Source: an uncultured virus (IMG/VR IMGVR_UViG_3300046517_000932)
Lineage: Duplodnaviria; Heunggongvirae; Uroviricota; Caudoviricetes
IMG/VR virus record: IMGVR_UViG_3300046517_000932
Reading direction: 5' to 3' (one strand)
Length of the DNA: 64,000 bases
Of this stretch, positions 25,882 through 34,293 are shown one piece after another (within the stretch, counting starts at the first letter, position 1; each line of letters starts with the position of its first letter). The position numbers and the translations under genes were made by a program. The notes beneath the pieces were generated by a model. It was not told where the DNA came from and ran no database searches. It worked only from the letters and a program-made list of their open reading frames with translations.

Positions 25882-27054
25882 ATGCCGAAACTCACAAAAA
25901 AAATCGTTGAAGACACCCAAGCCACCGACAAAGACACGTGGGTATGGGACACAGATCTGCCCGGCTTTGGCATGCGGATCCAGCCGAGCGGCCGCAAGAC
26001 GTACGTGACGCGGTACCGTACCGCCGCCGGCACGCAGCGCAAGACGACGATCGCCCGCTGCTGTGATCTCACCGCCGACAAGGCCCGCGAGCTCGCACGC
26101 AAGACGTTCGCCGCTGTCGCCGAGGGAAAGGATCCGGCCGCCGAGAAGCACGCCATGAAGACCGCGCCCACCGTCGACGAACTGCGCGTGCGGTACATGC
26201 GCGAGCACGCGACACCGTTCAAGAAGACCGGCAGCGTCGCGAACGACGAGATGCTTTGGCGCCTGCACGTGATCCCCGCCCTGGGCAAGAAGCGCGTCGA
26301 CGCCGTGACGCGCGCGGACATCCTCGCGCTGCATGGATCCCTCGCCGAGAAGCCTGCGACCGCAAACGCGTGCGTCGCGCTGCTCAGCAAGGCCTTCAAC
26401 CTTTCCGAATTGTGGGGATGGCGCACCGCCGGCAACCCATGCCGCCAGGTGAAGAAATTCAAGATCCGCGAGCGCGAGACGATTCTCACGCACGAGCAGA
26501 TCGGCCGCCTCAACGACACGCTGAACGAGATGACGCTCGACGATGAAATCCCTCAAGCGATGGCGGACCTGATCCGTCTGCTCCTCGTCACCGGATGCCG
26601 CCTCAACGAAATCATGAGCGCGCGCCAGGAATGGATCGATCGCGAACGCCAGCTCCTCCTACTGCCGGACAGCAAGGTCGGACAGCGCCGCATCGCCCTG
26701 TCCGCCGCCGCGATGGAGATCATCGAGGACATCCCCGCCGGCGAATGGCTGATCCCTGGCCGTTGCGCCGGCGAGCACCTGAAGCACCCGCACGGCATGT
26801 TCAAGCAGATCAAGGCGCGCGCGAAGCTCCCAGCCGATCTGCGGCCGCACGACCTGCGCCACACGGCCGGATCCCTGGCGCACATGGCCGGCCTCACGCA
26901 GAAGCAGGTTGCGACCATGCTCGGTCACAGGCAACTCCAGACCACCGCCCGATACCTGCACGGGTTCGCCGGCGATGACGCGCGCGCCGTCGACACGGTC
27001 GGAAACGTGATCTCCGCCAACTTCCGGCGGCCGCCTCAGCAAATCGCAGCGTGA
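25882..27054 (+). CDS. int: Tyrosine integrase with N-terminal arm-binding domain
   Basis: WDTDLPGFGMRIQPSGRKTY arm domain; TGCRLNE, HDLRH, LGH and TARY catalytic residues. Confidence 0.92.
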   Translation: MPKLTKKIVEDTQATDKDTWVWDTDLPGFGMRIQPSGRKTYVTRYRTAAGTQRKTTIARCCDLTADKARELARKTFAAVAEGKDPAAEKHAMKTAPTVDELRVRYMREHATPFKKTGSVANDEMLWRLHVIPALGKKRVDAVTRADILALHGSLAEKPATANACVALLSKAFNLSELWGWRTAGNPCRQVKKFKIRERETILTHEQIGRLNDTLNEMTLDDEIPQAMADLIRLLLVTGCRLNEIMSARQEWIDRERQLLLLPDSKVGQRRIALSAAAMEIIEDIPAGEWLIPGRCAGEHLKHPHGMFKQIKARAKLPADLRPHDLRHTAGSLAHMAGLTQKQVATMLGHRQLQTTARYLHGFAGDDARAVDTVGNVISANFRRPPQQIAA

Positions 27055-27058
27055 AACG

Positions 27059-27085
27059 AGCCCGGTTCCTACCGGGCTTTTTTTT
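27059..27085 (+). terminator. Intrinsic terminator after int
   Basis: AGCCCGGT/ACCGGGCT stem followed by a T-tract. Confidence 0.85.
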
Positions 27086-27156
27086 GCTCTTTTTTGGTTA
27101 ATCGGATAGACGACATACTCAAATTTGAGTAAGCTCCTCTTACTCAAAAACGAGGA
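27085..27156 (+). promoter_or_regulatory. Operator triplet including the perfect palindrome TACTCAAATTTGAGTA
   Basis: 27085-27100, 27116-27131 and 27141-27156. Confidence 0.7.
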
Positions 27157-27163
27157 ACACACA

Positions 27164-27358
27164 ATGAACCAGTCGGGACAACAAAATAGCAACCATGCAC
27201 CGCGCCTCGCTCATATGTTCGGCGCCGTCCGTCACATGTTCCTGATCGGCACGGCAGAAAACCTGATCGAGCTGCGCGCACGTAACGCACAGCGCCTGGC
27301 GATTGCCAAGGCACAACCGACGGGACGTCAAGTCTTCCGTCAAGAACAGAACGCCTAA
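27164..27358 (+). CDS. Small hypothetical protein
   Basis: GAGGA RBS before MNQSGQQ. Confidence 0.55.
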   Translation: MNQSGQQNSNHAPRLAHMFGAVRHMFLIGTAENLIELRARNAQRLAIAKAQPTGRQVFRQEQNA

Positions 27359-27369
27359 GAGGTATTGGA

Positions 27370-27597
27370 ATGTCGGTCGAAGATCTCGCCCAAGTAGTAG
27401 AGGCCCAAGAATGGGCGCGCAATAACCGCGTGCGCCCGCCGCAGCCCGTGTACGCACCTGGCGATGCGCAGTACGGCCCCGCCGAGTGTGAGGAGTGCGA
27501 GATCGCGATGCCCGAGCTGCGCCGCGCAATGGGACGTTGCATGTGCGTCGATTGCACCGACCGAGATACCCTGCGCAAAAAGATACGAGGCGCCTAA
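27370..27597 (+). CDS. TraR/DksA C4 zinc-finger protein
   Basis: DLAQ..E N-terminus; CEEC..MPELRRAMG..MCVDC. Confidence 0.85.
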   Translation: MSVEDLAQVVEAQEWARNNRVRPPQPVYAPGDAQYGPAECEECEIAMPELRRAMGRCMCVDCTDRDTLRKKIRGA

Positions 27598-27618
27598 GCG
27601 CCCCGTGTTTTGCCAACC

Positions 27619-27643
27619 AGGCCCGCTTACTGCGGGCCTTTTT
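27619..27643 (+). terminator. Intrinsic terminator at the convergence point
   Basis: AGGCCCGC/GCGGGCCT stem followed by a T-tract. Confidence 0.7.
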
Positions 27644-28253
27644 CATGCTCCGTCGGGTTCTTCTCGTGCCAGTCGATCAGCGCGTTCAGTTGCGCCCGGC
27701 AATCAGCATACTTTCCGCCGTTGACGACGACGTTGTTGAGGACGTCGGGAGTGTCAATGCTGGCGCGAGCAACGTTGGGGTCTCCGGCCGAACCAGCAGT
27801 GACGCCGGCGGGGACGGGCAAAGCATGCTCGACGGAAGGGTCGAGGGCGTCGTTCCACACGCCGACAAAGCCAGCAGTGTACACAGAAGCAGGGATAGCC
27901 TTGAGAGGTTCACCGAATTTCTCCACATAGGATTTCGTTACGACCGGCACGCGCTGGATCTGCGTCACGGTCACGGTTTTGATATTGCTTTTCTCAGCCT
28001 CGAGATCAGCCGCCAGCTTGTCGCCGACCTGGTTTGCTGCATTGAGCTTCGCCTGCCAGGCGTCGTCCGCCTTCTTCTGCGCGGCCGCGTACTGCGCCGT
28101 GTCGCGCGCGCCGCGATCCGTGTCGCCCTTGTAATAGCCGCCGGCGCCGGCCGCGCCGATCGCGAGCACGACGGCGAGCAGCGCCCACGGCAAACACGAA
28201 CCGCCGGCAGATCCGACGGCGACTTTCGCTACATCCTCGACAACTCCGCTCAT
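27627..28253 (-). CDS. Rz: i-spanin (Rz-like)
   Basis: N-terminal transmembrane segment, coiled coil, last gene of the lysis cassette. Confidence 0.8.
   Translation of the reverse strand: MSGVVEDVAKVAVGSAGGSCLPWALLAVVLAIGAAGAGGYYKGDTDRGARDTAQYAAAQKKADDAWQAKLNAANQVGDKLAADLEAEKSNIKTVTVTQIQRVPVVTKSYVEKFGEPLKAIPASVYTAGFVGVWNDALDPSVEHALPVPAGVTAGSAGDPNVARASIDTPDVLNNVVVNGGKYADCRAQLNALIDWHEKNPTEHEKGPQ
27686..27928 (-). CDS. Rz1: o-spanin lipoprotein embedded in Rz (Rz1-like)
   Basis: Lipobox LSAC and Pro-rich CPSPPASLLVRP; out of frame inside Rz. Confidence 0.8.
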   Translation of the reverse strand: MWRNSVNLSRLSLLLCTLLALSACGTTPSTLPSSMLCPSPPASLLVRPETPTLLAPALTLPTSSTTSSSTAESMLIAGRN

Positions 28254-28264
28254 AGCGGTCTCCT

Positions 28265-28516
28265 TTAAGTGTCCGTCTTAGCCTTCAGCGCGACGCCGCC
28301 GGCGAGAACGCCTAAGCCAGTCATCATTGCTGCGAACCCACCACCGAACGCGACCGCGTCGAAATGCCCCTGATACGCCGAATACAGCGCGCATCCAAGG
28401 AACGTCGGTATCCCAGCGCTCGCCAGCGCCGCGCCTGCGACACGGACCGGGCAATAGCTCGTCCCGTCGTTCTCCGTCAGGCAGTCGTGAATCAGTTTCT
28501 TGATCTGCTCGAGCAC
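28265..28516 (-). CDS. Holin-like membrane protein
   Basis: Two transmembrane segments; between endolysin and spanins. Confidence 0.65.
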   Translation of the reverse strand: MLEQIKKLIHDCLTENDGTSYCPVRVAGAALASAGIPTFLGCALYSAYQGHFDAVAFGGGFAAMMTGLGVLAGGVALKAKTDT

Positions 28517-28517
28517 G

Positions 28518-29183
28518 TCACACCCCCAATGCTTTTTGAGCTCGCCCGTATGCCGCGAGGCGCGCCGCTTGACCGATCGGCATCGACGTCGAGTTCGGAT
28601 TGCCGAGGTTGATCGCTTTGCTGATCGCCGTGATCTGGCCGCCGTCGGCGAACTTGTTCAGGCCATTGACCGACCAGAACCACCCAGCCGACAGCGCTCC
28701 CGCTTGGGGCTGCTCGAGCAACTCCGGATGCGCTACGAGATCCATGCCGATCGCGGCCGCGCACGCCGTGTAATTGGTACGCCCGGTGATCTGAATCGGG
28801 CCGCGCCCACGGAACGCCCAGCCGTCGCCGCTCGACTCCGGGCCGTTGCCGTTGCGATTCGCGTAGCAGTTGTTCGCGATCGCCTGCTGATTCCGGGCGA
28901 TGCGATTCGCCAGGTCGTTCGGCACCTTTACCGGCGCGCGCGGATTGACGGCGTAACGGGACGGCCAAGTGTCGGCGAGACCTTGCGCGCCGTAGTTCAG
29001 GTTTTCGACGTGGGCGTTCAGACCTGCGCTTTCGACGCCAACCTCCGCGAGGAACGCAGCGACGCGGAGAGCCGTATTGATCTCGAATCGATCACAGGCG
29101 GCCTGGAGAGGACCGAGCCAGAGAGCAGCGTTCGACGCGGACGCGCCGCACACCGTCTGGATCAATGGAGCGGTAAGATTCAT
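28518..29183 (-). CDS. Endolysin, glycoside hydrolase family 19
   Basis: RVAAFLA..G.ES, ENLNY, FRGRGPIQITGRTNY, SAGWFW. Confidence 0.92.
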   Translation of the reverse strand: MNLTAPLIQTVCGASASNAALWLGPLQAACDRFEINTALRVAAFLAEVGVESAGLNAHVENLNYGAQGLADTWPSRYAVNPRAPVKVPNDLANRIARNQQAIANNCYANRNGNGPESSGDGWAFRGRGPIQITGRTNYTACAAAIGMDLVAHPELLEQPQAGALSAGWFWSVNGLNKFADGGQITAISKAINLGNPNSTSMPIGQAARLAAYGRAQKALGV

Positions 29184-29536
29184 GGCTTGTCGGCCTTTGA
29201 ATCGAGACGCTGATGAAGACTGTCGAGCTTCGCGGAGAACGACGTGCTCATATCGCGAATGCTCGTCGTCAGCGACTCGATCGCCCTATTCAGTCCGTCG
29301 ATGGTCTGAGTGAGCGCGCCCTGCGTGACGAAACGCTGCTCGGCGTAGAGCTTGTAATCGGCGAGCTCGCGAGAGATCGTGTCGCACTTCTTGTCCGCCT
29401 CGATCGCGTTCTTGATCACCGCCGCATTCGCGGTTTTGGCATCATCACGCACGCTCAAGTAAAGGAACCAAAGCACCACACCAATGCCTGTTATCAACAG
29501 AGATCCGCCGGCGACGAGAATTGCAGTCCAGTCCAT
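29180..29536 (-). CDS. Membrane-anchored coiled-coil lysis-cassette protein (holin/antiholin-like)
   Basis: Single N-terminal transmembrane segment; GGAG RBS before MDWTAIL. Confidence 0.6.
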   Translation of the reverse strand: MDWTAILVAGGSLLITGIGVVLWFLYLSVRDDAKTANAAVIKNAIEADKKCDTISRELADYKLYAEQRFVTQGALTQTIDGLNRAIESLTTSIRDMSTSFSAKLDSLHQRLDSKADKP

Positions 29537-29603
29537 CAAACTTCTCCGGTCGCAAACGGGCCGCCCAGTGCGATCCCTACGTATTGCGAACTTCCATAAA
29601 CCG

Positions 29604-29619
29604 ATTTTCGTGTCACGAC
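29604..29619 (-). promoter_or_regulatory. Putative late promoter for the lysis cassette GTCGTGAC-ACG-AAAAT
   Basis: Motif match; ATG 6 nt downstream. Confidence 0.75.
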
Positions 29620-29623
29620 ACAC

Positions 29624-29887
29624 TCAATCCGCGCGCGTACCCTCGTCCGCCTGAATGCTGTCGGGACAATGACCTGGCTGGATCCAGTTGAGAATGCCGC
29701 ACATGATCCGGCAGCCGATGCAGGCACCGTCACGCACGTTCTTGCCGAACACTGAGGAAAGCGTTTCGCCAGGATCCCCGAAACGCGCAGTTGGCTCCGG
29801 CCGAAGAATGAGATTCAGGAGAGGACCGAAGGCGGTATTCACCGCCTGGTCGAGAATGAGGAGAAGGTTCCAGAAGTACCGCGTCAT
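29624..29887 (-). CDS. Conserved phage hypothetical protein
   Basis: LDQAVN...GDPGETLSS..G...C..C...HC motif. Confidence 0.7.
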   Translation of the reverse strand: MTRYFWNLLLILDQAVNTAFGPLLNLILRPEPTARFGDPGETLSSVFGKNVRDGACIGCRIMCGILNWIQPGHCPDSIQADEGTRAD

Positions 29888-29917
29888 TCGATCAGCCTAC
29901 GTCAAGGACATAGGCTG

Positions 29918-29933
29918 ATCATTGCATCACGAC
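29918..29933 (-). promoter_or_regulatory. Putative late promoter variant GTCGTGAT-GCA-ATGAT
   Basis: One mismatch to the core; ATG 6 nt downstream; overlaps 10-bp hairpin 29890-29920. Confidence 0.55.
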
Positions 29934-30658
29934 CAGGTGATAGCCTGAACTGCAGCGACCGTCGTCGCCGCCATCACCTGCGCATAGAGCGCTTGATTCT
30001 TCGCCATGTTGGCAAGAATGGATGACTTGCCATCCACGCCGACCTGCTGAATCTGCGCAGCCGAATGGTTCACGAACGCCCAATTTCCAGAGGCGTCCTC
30101 GCACCAGAACGGCGTGACCCACATCTGCCACTGCGCACCACCATCGCTCGCGATCGCACCATCGGTAGTCGGCCATGTCGGCGCCGTCGCACCGCTGGTG
30201 CCGGCCGCGACGCACACGTAGAGCGCCGCCCCATCCTTGACGAGATCGCCTGCCGCACGGGCCTTTCCGGCGGTCCACGGCACGGCCGCATTGAGCGCCA
30301 GCAGCGCTGCAATGATCGAGGCGGACAGATTCTGCTGGTCCGTCGTCTTTGCGGGATACGTGTGCACGACGCCGAGCGCCGTCGACGTGAAGCCCGCGAC
30401 AATAGAGTCGGCACACGCAGCGGAAAGCATCGCGACCTGCGTCGCTTGCGCGCTCGCGAGAAGCTGCGCGGCCGTCGGCGCGACAGGCGCGACGAGTGCG
30501 CCACTCGCTACCGTATAACCATGCGTCGAAATGCACGTTTGCCATTGCGCCTCGGTGATATTGATCACCTGCGCGCCCGCCGGCGCGGGACTATCTACGC
30601 TGTCGTAATAGGCGACGATTGCGCCGGTTGCGTCATACGCTGCTTGTTTTTGGCCCAT
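29927..30658 (-). CDS. Tail fibre assembly protein (DUF4376-like) with inserted carbohydrate-binding-like module
   Basis: YDS...ITEAQWQ, DQQNL, FWC.D..G.WAFVNHSAAQIQQV; follows a fibre gene. Confidence 0.75.
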   Translation of the reverse strand: MGQKQAAYDATGAIVAYYDSVDSPAPAGAQVINITEAQWQTCISTHGYTVASGALVAPVAPTAAQLLASAQATQVAMLSAACADSIVAGFTSTALGVVHTYPAKTTDQQNLSASIIAALLALNAAVPWTAGKARAAGDLVKDGAALYVCVAAGTSGATAPTWPTTDGAIASDGGAQWQMWVTPFWCEDASGNWAFVNHSAAQIQQVGVDGKSSILANMAKNQALYAQVMAATTVAAVQAITWS

Positions 30659-30662
30659 GATT

Positions 30663-31412
30663 TTAGTTTCCGATTGCCTGCCAATAGAAATTCCCGGAAC
30701 TCGGTCCCTGAGAGCCGCCAATGTTCGTAAAACTCTTTACCCCGAACCCAGCCGGGGTAGCGTTGTAAATGCCGTAAATGGTGGTGTTGCTTGCGGACCA
30801 GCCCGCCGCGCCGCTTTCGATGGCGACCACTGAACGGCAGGCGTTCGGGAAGGCAATCGGGAACGTCATGTTCGCGTTTCCGCTTGTCGTTGATGCCGCG
30901 CCCCACTGGATAATCAGACCGCTAGGCAGCTTTTGATAGCCGGATGCGCCAATGGATGCCGCGAAAGTGCCAGTGTAAGAAGCCACATACCAGCCCGCGC
31001 CATTTGATACAAACTGCGCCACCTCACCAGCGGCCAGCGCAAACGTGTTTGCTGGCGCAGAGTATTGGCTATTGATTGACTCCGCAGCGTTGCCCTTCAC
31101 GATTGCGCCGACAGGCGCGGCTATCGTCACCGTGGAACCAGACGGCGCGCTAGAAATCGGCGGCAGCGTTTGCGTGGTGCTTGCGACAGTGATAAAAAGA
31201 AACGCGCCAAGGTGCGCCGATGCTGTTAGCGAAGACGATACCCCGATTCCGACCACGCCAGAAAACGACTCGCCATTGGCCTTAACCCATGCCGTCGTCG
31301 CAAGCTTCAGGGAGTTGTCAAACTGAGCCGGCGACTGATTCGCGAGGATGTTCCCCGCCCCATCGCCAGCGAGAAGCGCTGCAAGGGCCGCAAGAATTGC
31401 TGAACGGCTCAT
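30663..31412 (-). CDS. Second, short tail fibre / receptor-binding protein (gp53-like C-terminus)
   Basis: QFDNSLKLATTAWVK and GYQKLPSGLIIQWG...FPIAFPN...YWQAIGN. Confidence 0.75.
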   Translation of the reverse strand: MSRSAILAALAALLAGDGAGNILANQSPAQFDNSLKLATTAWVKANGESFSGVVGIGVSSSLTASAHLGAFLFITVASTTQTLPPISSAPSGSTVTIAAPVGAIVKGNAAESINSQYSAPANTFALAAGEVAQFVSNGAGWYVASYTGTFAASIGASGYQKLPSGLIIQWGAASTTSGNANMTFPIAFPNACRSVVAIESGAAGWSASNTTIYGIYNATPAGFGVKSFTNIGGSQGPSSGNFYWQAIGN

Positions 31413-31415
31413 CTA

Positions 31416-31856
31416 TCAAACTCCAATGAAATCAGGTGCGGCCGGAAGATCGACCGCAGGAAACCCGTCCGCCTTCGACAGGTCACGGAGCGCCTTGCGA
31501 TAAGCGGAAAGCGCCTTGAATTGCTCCGAGCTCAGCGTCGTCGCGTCGCCGGCGAGGACTTCGTCCTGGTGCCGTGCGACGAGCCAATCGGAATTGACAA
31601 GCGCGACGGTGCGTTGCGCGCGCAGCGACGCCGCGAGCTCGTTCTTAGTCGGCGCCGGCAGATCAACGAGCTTGGCCTTGCCGCTTTCGAGCACTTTCAT
31701 GCGCTTGCCGGCGGATTGGCCGGCAAGCAGCGCCGCATGGACGTCGTCAGTAATAGGAACGGCACTCACTGGGATTCGATCCGTGCCGTGCAGATCTGAC
31801 GAGTAAAAAGCGATCACAAAGCGATCCGAATCAAGATCGGCATATCGAATAGTCAT
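31416..31856 (-). CDS. Tail fibre assembly chaperone
   Basis: RAQR...L..SDW...AYRKALRDL....GFP...LP..P. Confidence 0.8.
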   Translation of the reverse strand: MTIRYADLDSDRFVIAFYSSDLHGTDRIPVSAVPITDDVHAALLAGQSAGKRMKVLESGKAKLVDLPAPTKNELAASLRAQRTVALVNSDWLVARHQDEVLAGDATTLSSEQFKALSAYRKALRDLSKADGFPAVDLPAAPDFIGV

Positions 31857-31861
31857 TTTCT

Positions 31862-33781
31862 TTAATACCCAATAGCGATCCAGTTGATTGCAAGACCCGC
31901 ACCGACGACAGCGCCGGAGGTCGTGATGTAGCCGGTAATGCCCATCGTCGTCGTGTTCAGCACCGTGACGTTTGCGGTGTACGCCCCGGATTGCTGAACC
32001 GTCGCCCAGCCACCGAACCATCCCGTCGGGAAAGTGGTCGGCAGCGTTTGCGTGATTACGCCAGACGAGTTGGTTGAGCCGCTGCCCCACTGGATGATCA
32101 AACCCGAGGGAAGCTTTTGATAGCCAGGCGAGGCGAGGAACGAGCCGAACGCGCTGGAGTACTTGAGCTGCGCCGATCCGCCGACGGCATACCAAATATT
32201 TGCGGAACCCCTGCTTTCAAGAATCAGGCTGTCGCCATTGTTCAGCGTGAAAGTTGTAGGGTTCGAACTGCTGGGAGCGAAAAGATCGCCAGACTGCTTT
32301 GCGATCGTCACCGCGCCGGGCGATACGTTAATAAACTCCACCCGCGCGCCGTCAGCAAACGAATTTGCCGCGTTCATCGTCACCGTAAAGGAGCCGGCAG
32401 CGCTTAAAACAATCGTGCTGCCCGCGAACGCTGGCGTGATAGGCCCGACACCCGTAACAACATTAACGTTAGATGCCTGCAAGCCTTGACGCTTCACAAA
32501 CGCGGTCGTCGCGAGCAATGTCGAGTTATCAAACTGCGCGGCCGTCACCCCCGTATCGCCGCCCGCCATCATGATCGGACCGGCCATCGTCCCGCCTGCG
32601 AACGGCAGAGCATTCGCGACCGTGAACGATGAATATGCGACGACCTGAATGTCGTCGTTAAGCACGGACGCGGTGCTGAGGACGACGCTCGAGCCGTTCG
32701 TCGCCGTGTAGTTCGCCGGCGAGATCTGCGCGCCGTTGACGATGACCGCGATATTGCCCGGCGTGTACGGGCAATTGAACGTCGTCTGCCCGGCCGTCGC
32801 CGTGAAGGTGTAAAGCGAGAACGCGCTCGATGCAGCCGCGCCCGCGAGCACGACGTTCGAACCGTCGCAGTACGCCACGACCGACTGCCCTTGAGGCACG
32901 AGCGCATTGGTGCCAGCGCCCCCGGACAGGTTGATCGAGTAAGCGCCCGTCGTCTTGTTTGCCACGACGTAGACGCCGCCCTGCGACGGCAGATTGACCT
33001 GAATGCTCGCCGTCAGCGCGCCCGTAAGCAGGACGATCCCGTTGCCGTACTGAGCGGCCGTCAGCGTGACGTTGGCTCCTCCCGCGACGTTGACCGTAAC
33101 GACGCCGTTCGTGAGCTGGTAGACAAAATTCGTCGTCGCGACCTTCGTGCTCTGATCGCCCGTTGCAGCCGTCGGCGCCGTCGCCGTCCCCGTGAGTGCT
33201 ACGTTGACGAAATCGCTCGAGGACAGAAGCACGTTCGTGCCATCGCAGAACAGCTCCTGCGTCTTGCCCTGCGTGACCGCGACGCCGGTACCGGATGCCG
33301 TCTTGACCGTCAGCGTGTAGGCGCCGGACGTCAGATTCTCGACGATCATCGTCTTCGTCGACGCCGGCACGATAACCGCGATGTTGGCAGTAAGCGCGCC
33401 CGTGAATACGAGGATGCCGTTACCCGCCTGCACGGACGTGAGCGTGACGTTCGAGCCACCCGCAACGTTGATCGACGCCAGGCCGTTGACCGTGCCCTGC
33501 ACGAATGCCGTCGTCGAGATCTTGGTCGAGTTGTCGCCGAGCGCGGGAGTCGGCGCCGTCGGCGTGCCCGTCAGATTCGCGTTATTGAGCGGCGCGACCG
33601 TCGGCGGAATGGTCGTCCCATTCTCGAGGTTCGTGACGTGCTGATACAGGTACGCGGTACGATTCGCGAGGTTGAGCAGCGGCGCATTCGATACCGCACC
33701 TACGCCGCCGTCGACCGGATCGATGACCTCGAGCTGGTAAACGCCGGCATCGTAACTTACGACTTCTGGCTGATATGCCAT
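31862..33781 (-). CDS. Tail fibre protein
   Basis: GVYQLE..DPV.GG...SN..L..LANRT.YL N-terminus; internal TGTPTAPT duplication; gp53-like C-terminus. Confidence 0.9.
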   Translation of the reverse strand: MAYQPEVVSYDAGVYQLEVIDPVDGGVGAVSNAPLLNLANRTAYLYQHVTNLENGTTIPPTVAPLNNANLTGTPTAPTPALGDNSTKISTTAFVQGTVNGLASINVAGGSNVTLTSVQAGNGILVFTGALTANIAVIVPASTKTMIVENLTSGAYTLTVKTASGTGVAVTQGKTQELFCDGTNVLLSSSDFVNVALTGTATAPTAATGDQSTKVATTNFVYQLTNGVVTVNVAGGANVTLTAAQYGNGIVLLTGALTASIQVNLPSQGGVYVVANKTTGAYSINLSGGAGTNALVPQGQSVVAYCDGSNVVLAGAAASSAFSLYTFTATAGQTTFNCPYTPGNIAVIVNGAQISPANYTATNGSSVVLSTASVLNDDIQVVAYSSFTVANALPFAGGTMAGPIMMAGGDTGVTAAQFDNSTLLATTAFVKRQGLQASNVNVVTGVGPITPAFAGSTIVLSAAGSFTVTMNAANSFADGARVEFINVSPGAVTIAKQSGDLFAPSSSNPTTFTLNNGDSLILESRGSANIWYAVGGSAQLKYSSAFGSFLASPGYQKLPSGLIIQWGSGSTNSSGVITQTLPTTFPTGWFGGWATVQQSGAYTANVTVLNTTTMGITGYITTSGAVVGAGLAINWIAIGY

Positions 33782-33791
33782 CCCTCAGTCC

Positions 33792-34244
33792 TTAGAACGA
33801 AATGGTCCACGTGCCCGAGAAAGTCAGGTCCGTGTCTTTGTTGAGAGGCAGCGTCCGCGTTTTGCGCGCGTACAGCGCTCCGCCTGCGGTAAGCAGTCCG
33901 AATTCCGAGATCGCTTTGCCGTTCGCTTCGGACGTGCCGAGCGAGAACGCGAATTGAACTTGATTCGTTGCCGGGTAGGAGTGCCCGTCGACGGACTTTG
34001 TGTATGCGCTGGTGAGCGCCGTATTGGCGAAAGCAGGTGCAACCGCACCCGTGCCAAACCCGATCTGCGTAACGCTTTGCCCGGTCACGTCGCCGCCGAG
34101 CAGCTTGGCGTGCGCCTGCTGTGAGCCGACTACGACCAGGTTTTTTTCTTCGAAAATCTCGATGAGCTTGCCGGCGCGGAAAACCTCCAGGTAGAAGTCT
34201 CCGCGCGGCTTACGCTCAAAATCATCCCGTAGGGAAAGGTTCAT
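33792..34244 (-). CDS. Baseplate/tail-fibre attachment protein
   Basis: IGFGTG...EANGKAISEFGL...LYARKT...NKD....SGTWTISF. Confidence 0.7.
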   Translation of the reverse strand: MNLSLRDDFERKPRGDFYLEVFRAGKLIEIFEEKNLVVVGSQQAHAKLLGGDVTGQSVTQIGFGTGAVAPAFANTALTSAYTKSVDGHSYPATNQVQFAFSLGTSEANGKAISEFGLLTAGGALYARKTRTLPLNKDTDLTFSGTWTISF

Positions 34245-34268
34245 GCCACGCCTCCAGTCTATTACTGG

Positions 34269-34284
34269 AGTTTGTTGTCACGAC
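34269..34284 (-). promoter_or_regulatory. Putative late promoter GTCGTGAC-AAC-AAACT
   Basis: Motif match; overlaps CTCCAGT/ACTGGAG hairpin covering GGAGG. Confidence 0.75.
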
Positions 34285-34293
34285 CTTTCCGCG

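Noticed and set aside
27055..27165. tRNA-derived attP next to the integrase
   Set aside because: No tRNA-like sequence seen; the region is explained by a terminator and operators. No tRNA genes were recognised anywhere in the window.
29927..33781. Diversity-generating retroelement or invertible tail fibre segment
   Set aside because: No reverse transcriptase or serine invertase in the window; the copies are in direct orientation and differences are not adenine-specific.
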